This document shows positions 20,541 to 30,574 of a stretch of DNA of 64,000 nt, one piece after another (positions within the stretch are counted from its first letter, which is position 1; the number at the start of each line of letters is the position of its first letter). This stretch comes from Pseudobdellovibrionaceae bacterium (GTDB lineage: Bacteria > Bdellovibrionota > Bdellovibrionia > Bdellovibrionales > Bdellovibrionaceae). The stretch covers positions 34,750-98,749 of the forward strand of contig JAHBUS010000006.1 in the NCBI GenBank assembly GCA_019637955.1, written 5' to 3'. The translations under genes were made by a program, and so were the position numbers. The notes under the pieces were generated by a model. That model did no database searches. It was not told the origin of the DNA and worked only from the letters and a program-made list of their open reading frames with translations.

Positions 20541-22073
20541 CTACCATTCCAGGGCGCCGGTTTCGGCTTCGACCAGTTTCGAGATCCGTCCCGATTCGAT
20601 CATCAAGGAGCAGGCCTTCATGTCGGTTGCGAACACGCGGTCTTTTTTAGCGAACGGCACGTCTTTACGGAGGAGCGCGTGCACCGCCTCAAGAACCGGC
20701 GTCGTTTTCAGCGGACGCACGATATCCAAACCTTGGGCCGCGCTCAAGAGCTCCATGCCCAGAACGTGACGGGCATTGGTCAAAATGCTTCGGTACTTAC
20801 GAGCGGCGATGGTGCCCATGCTGACGTGGTCTTCTTTGTCGGCACTGGTCGGGATCGAATCCACGCTCGCCGGGTGCGCGAGCACTTTGTTTTCGCTCAC
20901 GAGCGAAGCGGCCGCGACCTGCACGATCATGTGGCCGGAGTTCAAACCGCCATCCACGGCCAAAAAGGCCGGCAGTCCGCTCATCGCCGGGTTGATCAAT
21001 TTCGAAATGCGCTGTTCACTGATGCTCGCCAAGCTCGAAAAGCAAATGCCGGCGTAGTCCATCGCGAACGCCACGGGCATCCCGTGGAAGTTGCCGCACG
21101 AGAGCACCTTGTTCTCGTCGGCGAACACCAATGGGTTGTCGGTCGACGAATTGGCCTCGGTCTCAAGGACCTTCCAAACATGGGCGAGCGTGTCTTTCAC
21201 CGCGCCGTGAACGGCCGGCATACAGCGAAGCGAATACGCGTCCTGCACGCGGTTGCAATCGCGGTGGCTCTCGGCGATCTCGGAGGTTTCGCCCAAAAGC
21301 TTCAAAAGATTGCGCGCGGTTTTGGCTTCGCCCGGGTGACGGCGCGTGGCTGAAATCAGCGGGTCAAAGGCCCGGCGCGAACCGGTCAAGGCTTCGAGAG
21401 AAAGGGCGCCCGCGATGTCGGCGACTTTCACGATCTCACGCGCCTCGTGCGCCGCCAGCATGCCGACGGCGGTCATCACCTGGCAGCCGTTGATGAGCGA
21501 CAGACCCTCTTTGGCTTTGAGCACCAAGGGCTTCACGCCTTTGGCCTGCAAGAGTGTTTGCACACTCACCGGGCGGCCGTCGTCGGACCACGCTTCGCCT
21601 TCGCCGATCAGTGCGAGGGCCAAATGCGAGAGCGGCGCCAAATCACCGCTCGCGCCCACCGACCCTTGCGACGGGATCACGGGCACGATGTCGTTGTTCA
21701 AAAACTCGAGGATCGTATCGACAACGGCGGGACGGATGCCGCTATGGCCGTTGGCCAAAGCATTGGCCCGCAAAAGCATCATGGCTCGGGTTTGCTGTTT
21801 ATTGAAGGGCTCGCCGATCCCGGCGGAGTGCGAACGGATCAAGTTGCGCTGAAGCTCTTCGATCTCCGAATCACTAATGCGAACCGAAGAAAAGGCGCCG
21901 AAGCCCGTGTTCACACCGTACATGACTTCGCCCGAGGAGATGCGTTTGTCGATATAGTCGCGCGAGCTTTGCATTTTTTGGCGCGACTCCGGCGAGAGTT
22001 CGAATTTTTCATCGCCCTTGGCGGCGAGCGCGATCATCTCAACGGTGACGGATTGGCCGGTAACAGAAATCAT
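20541..22073 (-). CDS. hutH: histidine ammonia-lyase
   Basis: [10 protein letters not shown] (Ala-Ser-Gly forming the MIO cofactor) and an overall aromatic amino-acid lyase pattern. Confidence 0.95.
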   Translation of the reverse strand: MISVTGQSVTVEMIALAAKGDEKFELSPESRQKMQSSRDYIDKRISSGEVMYGVNTGFGAFSSVRISDSEIEELQRNLIRSHSAGIGEPFNKQQTRAMMLLRANALANGHSGIRPAVVDTILEFLNNDIVPVIPSQGSVGASGDLAPLSHLALALIGEGEAWSDDGRPVSVQTLLQAKGVKPLVLKAKEGLSLINGCQVMTAVGMLAAHEAREIVKVADIAGALSLEALTGSRRAFDPLISATRRHPGEAKTARNLLKLLGETSEIAESHRDCNRVQDAYSLRCMPAVHGAVKDTLAHVWKVLETEANSSTDNPLVFADENKVLSCGNFHGMPVAFAMDYAGICFSSLASISEQRISKLINPAMSGLPAFLAVDGGLNSGHMIVQVAAASLVSENKVLAHPASVDSIPTSADKEDHVSMGTIAARKYRSILTNARHVLGMELLSAAQGLDIVRPLKTTPVLEAVHALLRKDVPFAKKDRVFATDMKACSLMIESGRISKLVEAETGALEW

Positions 22074-22732
22074 GCTTCGCCTTTCAATGTGCGGATCGCG
22101 GTTCGGTAGTCATTCTTAAACACGTAGCTGCCCGCCACGAACACGTCGGCATCTTGGCATTGCCCCACGGTCTTGTCGCTCACGCCCCCATCGACTTCGA
22201 TGAGGTAGGTGTAGCCCTTTTCACGGCGCAGGCGCGAGAGCTCCTGCATCTTCACGACCTGATCCGCCATGAAGCTCTGCCCGCCGAAGCCCGGCTCCAC
22301 CGTCATCACCAGCACCAGATCGGCCAGGGGCAGAAACGCTTCGATGTCCTTGAGCGGCGTTCGCGGGCGCAGCGTGATGCCCGCCTTGGCGCCGAGCGAG
22401 CGGATTTTTTGGAGCACGTCCCCGGGTGAGGCCGTCGATTCGACATGGATCGTGAGGTAATCACTCCCCGCCTTGATGAAGTCTTCAACGAAACGCTCGG
22501 GCTTTTCGATCATGAGATGCACGTCGAGCGGCAGCGGCGACACCTTCTTGAGGCTTTCGACCACCGGCACGCCGATGGTGAGATTGGGAACGAAGTGTCC
22601 ATCCATCACGTCCACATGAAGCAGATCCGCCCCCGCGGCCGCCACCGCGCGGATGTCGCGCTCCAGGTTGGCGAAGTCCGCCGATAAAATGCTCGGCGCG
22701 ACCCATTTTGTTTTGAGAGGACCTTTAGACAC
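22070..22732 (-). CDS. rpe: ribulose-phosphate 3-epimerase
   Basis: SILSADFANL...HVDVMDGHFVPNLT motifs. Confidence 0.9.
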   Translation of the reverse strand: MSKGPLKTKWVAPSILSADFANLERDIRAVAAAGADLLHVDVMDGHFVPNLTIGVPVVESLKKVSPLPLDVHLMIEKPERFVEDFIKAGSDYLTIHVESTASPGDVLQKIRSLGAKAGITLRPRTPLKDIEAFLPLADLVLVMTVEPGFGGQSFMADQVVKMQELSRLRREKGYTYLIEVDGGVSDKTVGQCQDADVFVAGSYVFKNDYRTAIRTLKGEA

Positions 22733-23675
22733 CCAGCACCTCGCCTTTGACGAGCCCGGTGTTCGAGCCCTTGATGTAATCGGCGGCCCTCACGCGGTTG
22801 CGCGATTCGGGCTGCAACTCTTCGATCAGAAGCGTGCCTTCGCCGCAAGCGACCCGCACGCCCTGTTCATCCGCCGAGACGATGGTGCCGGCGCGGGCAT
22901 CGACGCCCTTGGGATCCCAGGTCGTTTTGTGAACCTTCAGCTTCTTGCCGTGCAGGAGCGTGTAGGTTCCAGGTCCCATGACAAACGCACGCACACGGTT
23001 GTGCAAAGTTTCGGCGCGCTCGCTCCACTTGAGTTCGGCTTCGGCCTTGTCGATTTTTTTCGCGTACGTGGCCAAGGAGTGGTCCTGCGGGATGGGCGCG
23101 AGATTGCCGCGGATGTAATCCATCAGCTCAATGTGCAAAGTGTCCGCTCCGAGCACCGCGAGTTCGTCGTGCAATTCCTGCGCGTTCATGTTGGGTCCAA
23201 TGCTCACGCGGCGGATGCCCAAGACGTCGCCCGCATCCAAAGCCTTGACGACTTTTTGCAGGGCCACGCCGCTCTCGGTGTCACCGGCCTCGACGGCGCG
23301 CTGAATGGGCGCGGCGCCTCGCCACTTGGGAAGGACCGAACCGTGCACGTTCACGGCGCCAAACGGAAACAGATCCAAAAACCGCTGCGACAAAATCTGA
23401 CCGTAGGCGACCACGATCGCGACCTCGGCGCTCCAGCGCTGGATCTCTTGCAGAATCAAATCTTGATTGATTTTTTCGGGGCTGATCACGCGCAGGCCCT
23501 TGGCCAGAGCGAGGCTCTTCACGGGCGAAGGAGTCAGAACCATTTTACGGCCGGCCGGGCGGTCGGGCTGCGTGACGACGCCGACGACCTCGTAGTGCTC
23601 GTCCTCGAGAATCTTCTTCAAGGAGGTGACGGCAAAGTCAGGCGTGCCGCAAAAGCAGACGCGGACTTTGCTCAC
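22725..23675 (-). CDS. fmt: methionyl-tRNA formyltransferase
   Basis: N-terminal formyltransferase domain (VCFCGTPDFAV, HGSVLPKWRGAAP) plus a C-terminal domain. Positioned upstream of def in the canonical def-fmt arrangement. Confidence 0.9.
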   Translation of the reverse strand: MSKVRVCFCGTPDFAVTSLKKILEDEHYEVVGVVTQPDRPAGRKMVLTPSPVKSLALAKGLRVISPEKINQDLILQEIQRWSAEVAIVVAYGQILSQRFLDLFPFGAVNVHGSVLPKWRGAAPIQRAVEAGDTESGVALQKVVKALDAGDVLGIRRVSIGPNMNAQELHDELAVLGADTLHIELMDYIRGNLAPIPQDHSLATYAKKIDKAEAELKWSERAETLHNRVRAFVMGPGTYTLLHGKKLKVHKTTWDPKGVDARAGTIVSADEQGVRVACGEGTLLIEELQPESRNRVRAADYIKGSNTGLVKGEVLGV

Positions 23676-24298
23676 TCGCGGCTCCGCTTCTTATCGGCTT
23701 TTTTTTCGGCTTTGGGGGCGTCGACCTCGACGAGTTCGGCTTCACGGCGTTTTTTTTCGGGATAGCCGCCCTTTTTGATTTGATTTTTGATCTTGTTGGA
23801 TTTCACGAAGCTGATGCGATCGATAAACAACGTGCCGTCCAAATGATCCATCTCGTGTTGAATCACGATGGCCAAGAGGCCGTCGGTTTTCAGGATCTTT
23901 TTGTTGCCCTTGACGTCTTGGTACTCGAGCTCGATGTAATCATGGCGCTCAACGGTTTCAAAAAACGACGGGACGCTTAAGCATCCTTCGTCGAAAGTCG
24001 TCTTGCCTTTGTGGGCGACGATTTTGGGATTGATAATCACGAGCGGCTGATCGATCTCTTGCTCCAGCTCGGTCATGTCTTCGATTGAGTAGCGGCCGTT
24101 CTCTTTGGGACGGCAGTCGATCACGAGCATGTTCCAAAGTTTGCCGACCTGGGGCGCGGCCAGACCGATGCCGCTTTCGGCGTACATTGTTTCGATCAAA
24201 TCTTTCGCGAACTTCTCAACATCGGGACCGAATTCGGTGACCGTTTGGGACTTCTCGCGCAATCGGGGATCTGGGTATTTTAAGATCTCTAAAACCAT
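23672..24298 (-). CDS. def: peptide deformylase with lysine-rich C-terminal extension
   Basis: GIGLAAPQVG, EGCLSVP and QHEMDHL, the three Def motifs. An extra roughly 40-aa K/E-rich tail. Confidence 0.9.
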   Translation of the reverse strand: MVLEILKYPDPRLREKSQTVTEFGPDVEKFAKDLIETMYAESGIGLAAPQVGKLWNMLVIDCRPKENGRYSIEDMTELEQEIDQPLVIINPKIVAHKGKTTFDEGCLSVPSFFETVERHDYIELEYQDVKGNKKILKTDGLLAIVIQHEMDHLDGTLFIDRISFVKSNKIKNQIKKGGYPEKKRREAELVEVDAPKAEKKADKKRSRE

Positions 24299-24352
24299 GC
24301 GCCTGGTTTACACCAAAAGCCGGGTGAAAGACCCCACTTAACGCGAGGCGCA

Positions 24353-25432
24353 TTACTTCTTTTGGCGTTTGATCATGATCAGCCCAAAAGCGCCCATAAA
24401 CAGGTTCGGGGCCCACGCGGCCACGATGGGCGGAAGGCTGCCGTGATACCCGAGCGTCAGCGCCGAGCTGTACAAAATCCAGTAGGCGAAAACCAGTCCC
24501 AGGCAAACCCCAAGATTGGCCATGAGGCCGCCCGAGCGCGCTTTGCCGACGCTGAACGGAATGCCGAGCAAAACCATCACCAGCCCCGCGATCGCGAACC
24601 CATATTTTGAATGGTAATCGACCTCGTACCTAAGCGTATCGAGACCCGCCTCTTTGTTCTTTTTAATAAACTGATTGAGCTCTCGAAGCGACAACACGTC
24701 CGAGGTGTTCGCGGTGGAGCTGAGGTCTTTGGCATCCTCACCCATGCTGATCGTCTTTTCTTTGAAGTCCGAGGTCATCGGAAAGCTCGATTCCTCGGTG
24801 AACACGGTGACCGAGCCGTTACGAAGTTTCCAGGTCGACTGCAGAAGATCGACCTCGCTGGCGGTGATCATTTGAATGAGGTTCCAGTCTTCATTAAAAT
24901 AATACAGCGTCAGGCCCTGGGCTTTGTGAGCCTGCTCATTGAGGGTTTTCAAATTGAAAATGGTGTCTTTGGAGCGGTACCAGATGCGGTTCGTTTTCAC
25001 CATCGAGTAGAGCGAGGGGTTCTTGCGGATCTCGTGGTAATAAACGTAGTTCTTCATCCGCGCCATGCCCGGCAGAACCTGATCGCTCAAAAACAAGGAC
25101 ACGCCGCTCATCAAAAGGACCGAGAGAACGAGCGGGATGGTCACGCGGGTGAGACTCATGCCCAAACTGAAAAGGGCGATCAACTCCCCGGCCCGCTGCA
25201 AAGACGACAAGGTGAAGATCGTCGCCATCACGCCCGCCACGGGGATCATGCGGTAAATAATTTCGGGCAACGTGTAGGCGTAATAGCGGATGAGGGTCGT
25301 CATCTCGATGCCCTCGTTGGACACCATTGTACTCATCGCATCAATTGCCATGAAGACGGTCGCAAAGATCGCCAAGCTCCCGATAAAGAAGAGCCAAAAC
25401 AGACCCAAATTGTACCGGTCAATGCGATTCAT
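24353..25432 (-). CDS. LptF/LptG-family LPS export permease
   Basis: MNRIDRYNLGLFW N-terminus. Six-TM YjgP/YjgQ architecture with a periplasmic domain between TM3 and TM4. Confidence 0.8.
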   Translation of the reverse strand: MNRIDRYNLGLFWLFFIGSLAIFATVFMAIDAMSTMVSNEGIEMTTLIRYYAYTLPEIIYRMIPVAGVMATIFTLSSLQRAGELIALFSLGMSLTRVTIPLVLSVLLMSGVSLFLSDQVLPGMARMKNYVYYHEIRKNPSLYSMVKTNRIWYRSKDTIFNLKTLNEQAHKAQGLTLYYFNEDWNLIQMITASEVDLLQSTWKLRNGSVTVFTEESSFPMTSDFKEKTISMGEDAKDLSSTANTSDVLSLRELNQFIKKNKEAGLDTLRYEVDYHSKYGFAIAGLVMVLLGIPFSVGKARSGGLMANLGVCLGLVFAYWILYSSALTLGYHGSLPPIVAAWAPNLFMGAFGLIMIKRQKK

Positions 25433-25498
25433 GAGCAGGTGTCCTCGGCAAAGATGATACCCTTGACTTGGCAAAGATTAGAATGATTCAATATCGAT

Positions 25499-26641
25499 AT
25501 GGCTTTGCGCGTCTTACTCGCCGATGAAAGTTCCACCATCAAAAAAGTGATGCAGCTCGCGCTGCAAGATTTTGGCGTGGAAGTCAAAGCCGTGCCGATC
25601 GGCCTTGATGTCTTGCAAGTCAGCAAATCGTTCCGTCCCGACATCGTTTTTGCCGATGTTCTGCTCTCGAAGCGCTCGGGCTACGACGTGTGCGCGGATC
25701 TGAAGGGCGATGCTCTTTTAAAGAACACGCCCGTCGTTTTGATGTGGAGCGCGTTCATGGAACTCGATGAGCCCCGCGCGCGCGATTCCAAATGCGACCG
25801 CCGTCTCGAAAAACCTTTTGATGCCGATCAGTTGCGCTCACTCGTGAAAGATTTGGTTCCACGCTTGAACGAGAACGCGATTTCGAATTACCTCTCGTTC
25901 CCCGATCTCCCCGAGATCGTGGAAGCACCGATTCCTCCGCCCGTTCACGCCGAACCTCCGCCCGCCCCCAAAGCGGCGCCGGCTCCGGCGGCACCGTCGA
26001 TGAGCGCGCGCACCTCGGCGCCTCCGCCGCCCCCGGCTCGCAAACCGGCACCGGCGGCCCAGCAGTCGACAGGCGCGGGTCGATCCGCGCCGGGGATCTT
26101 GCCTGAAGTTTCATCACCCGAGGCCGAAGAGTTCGTGAGCGAGGATTTGCTCGCGGGCCCCGGCCAAGACATGGACGATCCGGATGATTTCCAACAGGTG
26201 CCTTTGCCGGGTTCCAAAACCCGCAATGTCCTGGATCATGGCCGCCGCGATGAAGAAGAGTGGCGCCAAGGCGGCCTTGAGCAGTTCCGCGTCTCTCCGG
26301 AGTCCCTGCAATTGGAAGATGCCGATATGTTCGCCGACGTGTCGACGGCCTCGATCGCCGTTGCCGGTGAAGACGATGACGTCCCGATGGACAACCTCGA
26401 AGATTTGACCCAACCGCGGCAAGCGCCGCCCGCTCCCAAAGCTGCTCCCAGCACCCGCACTTTCGCACCCAGCCAAGCCGCACTCCCGCAGCTTGACCCC
26501 ATGCGTGCCGAAGAGGTTTTGCGCGAGCAAGTTCGTGAAGTCCTTGAAAGCATCGCGTGGAAAATAATTCCTGACATCGCCGAGCGCGTTGTGAGAGAAG
26601 AAATCCAACGACTTTTGAAGGATGCTGAACGACTCTCGTGA
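25499..26641 (+). CDS. response-regulator receiver-domain protein with long Pro/Ala-rich linker and short C-terminal helical domain
   Basis: CheY-like receiver: LLADES acidic pair, DIVFADVLL phospho-acceptor Asp, conserved S/T and K (LEKPF). Then roughly 150 aa of PA-rich low complexity. Confidence 0.6.
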   Translation: MALRVLLADESSTIKKVMQLALQDFGVEVKAVPIGLDVLQVSKSFRPDIVFADVLLSKRSGYDVCADLKGDALLKNTPVVLMWSAFMELDEPRARDSKCDRRLEKPFDADQLRSLVKDLVPRLNENAISNYLSFPDLPEIVEAPIPPPVHAEPPPAPKAAPAPAAPSMSARTSAPPPPPARKPAPAAQQSTGAGRSAPGILPEVSSPEAEEFVSEDLLAGPGQDMDDPDDFQQVPLPGSKTRNVLDHGRRDEEEWRQGGLEQFRVSPESLQLEDADMFADVSTASIAVAGEDDDVPMDNLEDLTQPRQAPPAPKAAPSTRTFAPSQAALPQLDPMRAEEVLREQVREVLESIAWKIIPDIAERVVREEIQRLLKDAERLS

Positions 26642-27465
26642 CACTCTATAATCTGATCCGCGCGGCGATTCAGGAAGACATGCCGACCGGGGACCTCACC
26701 ACCGAATCCTTGGCCCTCGTGCCCCGTCCCGGGCGCGCGCGCTTGATTGCCAAACAAGACCTGGTTCTTTCAGGCGCACCCGCCTTTGAGCAAACCATGC
26801 TCATGCTCGAGCCGCACGCCAAGATCAAATGGCACTTCGAAGAGGGCCATCAAATCTTGAACCGCCAGATCATCTGCACGCTTCAAGGCGATCTGATCCA
26901 GATTCTTAAAGCCGAGCGCATCGCACTCAACTTCTTGATGCATCTCTCGGGCATCGCCACCCTGACGCACAAATTCGTACGGGCCATCGAAGGAACAAGC
27001 ACCCGCATTCTCGACACCCGCAAAACGACGCCCGGTTACCGCGATCTCGAAAAGCGCGCGGTCGTTCACGGCGGCGGGGTCAATCACCGCCACAACTTGA
27101 GCTCGGCCATCTTGATCAAGGACAATCACATTTCGGTGATGGGCGGAATTAAAAACGCGGTCGAACGCACCCGTGAGCACACGCCGTCGCTGATCGAAGT
27201 CGAAGCCTCGACTCTCGAGCAGGTGAAAGAGTGCGTGGACCTCGGCGTGAGCCGCATTCTTTTGGACAACATGAACGACGAAAAGCTCAGCCAAGCGCTG
27301 GCCCTGATCCCCGACGGGATCGAAACCGAAGCGAGCGGCAACATGTCGCTCGAGCGCGTGGGCCGCGTGGCGTCTCTGGGCGTGGACTTTATCAGCGTGG
27401 GCGCCCTCACCCACTCCGCACCGAGCTCCGACGTGAGTCTGCTCTTTGATTGGGAGACCCCATGA
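26638..27465 (+). CDS. nadC: nicotinate-nucleotide diphosphorylase (carboxylating)
   Basis: Typical QPRTase pattern (DTRKTTPGYR, LIKDNHI, LLDNM). Confidence 0.9.
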   Translation: MTLYNLIRAAIQEDMPTGDLTTESLALVPRPGRARLIAKQDLVLSGAPAFEQTMLMLEPHAKIKWHFEEGHQILNRQIICTLQGDLIQILKAERIALNFLMHLSGIATLTHKFVRAIEGTSTRILDTRKTTPGYRDLEKRAVVHGGGVNHRHNLSSAILIKDNHISVMGGIKNAVERTREHTPSLIEVEASTLEQVKECVDLGVSRILLDNMNDEKLSQALALIPDGIETEASGNMSLERVGRVASLGVDFISVGALTHSAPSSDVSLLFDWETP

Positions 27466-28184
27466 TGTTTTCAATTTACGAAACCACCAAAGACTGGGCG
27501 ACACGCTCGGGATTTTCGACCCTCGCCGAACCCAGCATGCCCAGCACGAGCGATCTCGCCAAAGAGCGCGCGATCGCCGAGCCCGAACCTTTGGCGATCA
27601 TCTTGACCGATCATCAAACCAAGGGACGCGGACGCGGGACCAACACGTGGACCACTCCCAACGCGGGGCACGCGCTCTTGAGCACCTGGAGCTTTATGCT
27701 CAAGGAACCCGCTCAAGGCGTGATGGCGCCGGCCATCGGGCTTGCGCTGTTCAAAGCCGTGAACTCGACATGGTTCGGTCTCCCATGGTCGCTCAAAGCG
27801 CCCAACGATCTGTACTTGGGCGATCGCAAAGTCGGCGGCCTGCTGCTTGAAGGCGTTCAAGAAGGCCACCGCCAACGTCTGCTCGTGGGCTTGGGGCTGA
27901 ATATTTTTGGCCACCCCGGCGTGGACCAATCCGGCGCGCTGATCGATTTTGTGAACGAACATGAAGTCGACCCCGAAATCTGGCGGCAATTCTTGGACCG
28001 CTTGCTGCTCGAACTCACCGCGACTTTGATGGTCACGCGCACGCAGCTGCACCTCGGCCAGCGCCGCGGACTGGTGGCGGCGCTCAACCGGTTCCCGAAA
28101 ACCGTGGAGGCCTACGAGTCGGTCGACGCCGATGGCAGCCTCAAGCTTAAAAATGGCCAGACGGTGGCCTGGCACTCGCTCTAA
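27450..28184 (+). CDS. birA: biotin--[acetyl-CoA-carboxylase] ligase (no N-terminal HTH)
   Basis: QTKGRGRGTNTW (GRGRxGxxW biotin-binding motif) and KVGGLLLE. Confidence 0.8.
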   Translation: MGDPMMFSIYETTKDWATRSGFSTLAEPSMPSTSDLAKERAIAEPEPLAIILTDHQTKGRGRGTNTWTTPNAGHALLSTWSFMLKEPAQGVMAPAIGLALFKAVNSTWFGLPWSLKAPNDLYLGDRKVGGLLLEGVQEGHRQRLLVGLGLNIFGHPGVDQSGALIDFVNEHEVDPEIWRQFLDRLLLELTATLMVTRTQLHLGQRRGLVAALNRFPKTVEAYESVDADGSLKLKNGQTVAWHSL

Positions 28185-28207
28185 TCCTTTTTTCGAGGAG
28201 ACCTCGC

Positions 28208-28750
28208 ATGGCTTTGACGTACACCCCTTCACCGGATCTGGGTCAGAGTTGTCCCGAGTTTTCGCTGCCCGCGACCGACGGTCAAACCTACGCGCGCGCC
28301 GATTTCTTTCGGCCAGGCTCGCCCACCGTGATCATGTTCATCTGCAACCACTGTCCGTACGTGAAAGCCATCGAAGAGCGCCTCGTGCAGCTGGGCCGGG
28401 ACCTCAAGGCGCTGGGCGTTCCGGTGGCCGCGATCAGCGCCAACGATGCCGCCCGCTATGCCGAAGACTCGTTCGAAAAAATGAAAGAGAAGTCTTATCC
28501 GTTTCCTTACCTTTACGACGATTCTCAAAGCACGGCGCACGCGTTTGGCGCCGTTTGCACGCCTGACTTTTTCGTTTACGACAATCACGGCCGGCTCGCG
28601 TTTCGCGGGCGCCTGGACGACTCCTGGAAAGACCCTTCACGCGTCACCAAACGCGAGTTGTTTGACGCCGTTTTACTTTTAAAAGAAGGCCAAACGCTTC
28701 CCGCGGGCCAAGCGCCCTCGATGGGTTGCTCGATCAAATGGAAAGGCTGA
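28208..28750 (+). CDS. thioredoxin-fold redoxin (TlpA/AhpC-TSA-like, CxxC)
   Basis: FICNHCPYV CxxC in a thioredoxin-like context. Confidence 0.65.
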   Translation: MALTYTPSPDLGQSCPEFSLPATDGQTYARADFFRPGSPTVIMFICNHCPYVKAIEERLVQLGRDLKALGVPVAAISANDAARYAEDSFEKMKEKSYPFPYLYDDSQSTAHAFGAVCTPDFFVYDNHGRLAFRGRLDDSWKDPSRVTKRELFDAVLLLKEGQTLPAGQAPSMGCSIKWKG

Positions 28751-28754
28751 GATC

Positions 28755-29489
28755 ATGAAATGGATTGTCGGCGGCGTTCTGGCCGCCATCGTCGGATTCG
28801 CCGGTTACCTGATGCTTTACCTGGGCGCCTTTCGCAGCGTGCAGCTCTCGGATGGCCCCGTTCCGGCCATGACCTTGATCGGCAAAGAGCACGTGGGGCC
28901 TTACCACAAGATCGTTCCCGTGATTCAAGAGGTTGAAACGTGGGCGAAAGAGGCGGGGCTGGATTGCACGCGCTCGTTCGGCCTTTATCTCGACGATCCC
29001 GAAGAGGTCGATGAACCCCGCTTGAAAAGTTTTGGCGGCTGCGTGCTTGCCGATGCCAAAGTTCCCGAGCTTCCCGAAGGCCTTTCGGTGCGCGTTTTCA
29101 GCGCGCCCCACTTTGTGAAAGCGCTCTTTGAAGGCAGTCCCGGCATCGGGCCGTTCAAGGTCTACCCTAGGGTCAAGGAGTACATCCACGCCAAGGGTTT
29201 TCATCCATTGCCGTCAGTGCTCGAAGTTTACATCGTCCACTCGGCCAAGGCGATGACGACGACTTATTACTTCCCCGTCGAACAGGTTCAGGCCGCCGCC
29301 CAGGCCGCGCCTGCCAACACGAACACGGCGAAGGACGCGGCTCCTCCCAAGCTTGAAGTCAAACCGATCGTCGGCACCACGCCGACCCCGCCGCCGCCCG
29401 CCAAACTTCCGCCGAGCGGAGGCGAGCCGGCGCGCACCCCAGTTCCGGGCACGGTCGTTCCGGGCGGACCTTCGGGAGTGGGGCCATGA
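28755..29489 (+). CDS. membrane-anchored GyrI-like (SOUL/AraC-effector-binding fold) protein with Pro-rich tail
   Basis: N-terminal TM then a GyrI-like pattern (MTLIGKEHVGPYHKI...SFGLYLDDPEEVDEPRLKSFGGCVL). Weak recall. Confidence 0.4.
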   Translation: MKWIVGGVLAAIVGFAGYLMLYLGAFRSVQLSDGPVPAMTLIGKEHVGPYHKIVPVIQEVETWAKEAGLDCTRSFGLYLDDPEEVDEPRLKSFGGCVLADAKVPELPEGLSVRVFSAPHFVKALFEGSPGIGPFKVYPRVKEYIHAKGFHPLPSVLEVYIVHSAKAMTTTYYFPVEQVQAAAQAAPANTNTAKDAAPPKLEVKPIVGTTPTPPPPAKLPPSGGEPARTPVPGTVVPGGPSGVGP

Positions 29490-30574
29490 CGTCATCGCGA
29501 AGCGCTTCCAATGGATTGATGCTCGCCTCGCCTTTGCAGCCCTACCTCTCGTCCGAGGCGGTGAGCGAAATCATGGTGAATAGCTACCTCGAGGTGTTCA
29601 TCGAGATGGAAGGCAAGATGATCCGCACGGACGCGCAGTTTCGCTCCGAGCAGGAACTCGAAACCTTGATCGTGCAAATGGCGAAAGATTGCGGACGCGA
29701 CGTCACGCCCGCGCAGCCGTTCTTTGACGGACGGCTCCCCGACGGTTCACGCGTGAACGCGACCCTGCCGCCGATGTCGCCCAAAGGCGCCACCCTCACC
29801 ATTCGAAAATTCAACAAGCACATCGTGAGCGCCAAAGACCTCTTGCAGAAATCCACCTGGAGTCAAAAAGCCGCGCACTTTCTGAAGTCGGCCGTCGAAG
29901 CCAAAATGAACATCGTGGTTTCGGGCGGCACCGGTTCGGGAAAAACCACGCTCTTGAACGTGCTCTCGAGTTTCGTGCACCCGCGCGAGCGGATCGTGAC
30001 GATCGAAGACACCCTCGAGTTGAATCTGGCGCACGACAACTGGATCCGTCTCGAAGCCGTTTACCAGCTCTCGACTCCCGTCGTGTCTTTGCGCGACTGC
30101 CTGGCCAATTCGCTGCGCATGCGCCCCGACAGGATCATCGTGGGTGAGTGCCGCAAAGACGAAGTTTTTGAGATGCTCCAAGCGATGAACACGGGCCACG
30201 ACGGTTCGATGACCACCATCCACGCCAACTCGGCACGCGACGCGATGGCGCGCATGGAGAGCTTGGTCCAATACTCCACCAGCACGCTTCCTTTGGTGGC
30301 GATCCGCCGTCAAATCGCGAATGCGATCGATCTCGTGGTGCAGCTCGAGCGCGACCCCGCAGGACGCCGCCTGATCACCGAGATCATTGAGATCACGGGC
30401 CTTGAAGGCGATACGATCACCTCGCATCCGATTTTTATTCGGGACATGAATCACGGCGAGCCTTCGGTGGGGGCCCTGGTCAGCACCGGGTTGGTGCCGA
30501 AAGGGATCGACCGCTTTACCAAAGCGGGCATTGATTTTCCGCCCGGACACTTCTCGAAGCCGAAACCAGAATAA
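29486..30574 (+). CDS. cpaF: CpaF/TadA-family secretion ATPase (type II/IV secretion NTPase)
   Basis: Walker A VVSGGTGSGKTT, Asp box, Walker B DRIIVGECR, His box. Overall CpaF-length core without an extended N-domain. Confidence 0.85.
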   Translation: MTSSRSASNGLMLASPLQPYLSSEAVSEIMVNSYLEVFIEMEGKMIRTDAQFRSEQELETLIVQMAKDCGRDVTPAQPFFDGRLPDGSRVNATLPPMSPKGATLTIRKFNKHIVSAKDLLQKSTWSQKAAHFLKSAVEAKMNIVVSGGTGSGKTTLLNVLSSFVHPRERIVTIEDTLELNLAHDNWIRLEAVYQLSTPVVSLRDCLANSLRMRPDRIIVGECRKDEVFEMLQAMNTGHDGSMTTIHANSARDAMARMESLVQYSTSTLPLVAIRRQIANAIDLVVQLERDPAGRRLITEIIEITGLEGDTITSHPIFIRDMNHGEPSVGALVSTGLVPKGIDRFTKAGIDFPPGHFSKPKPE

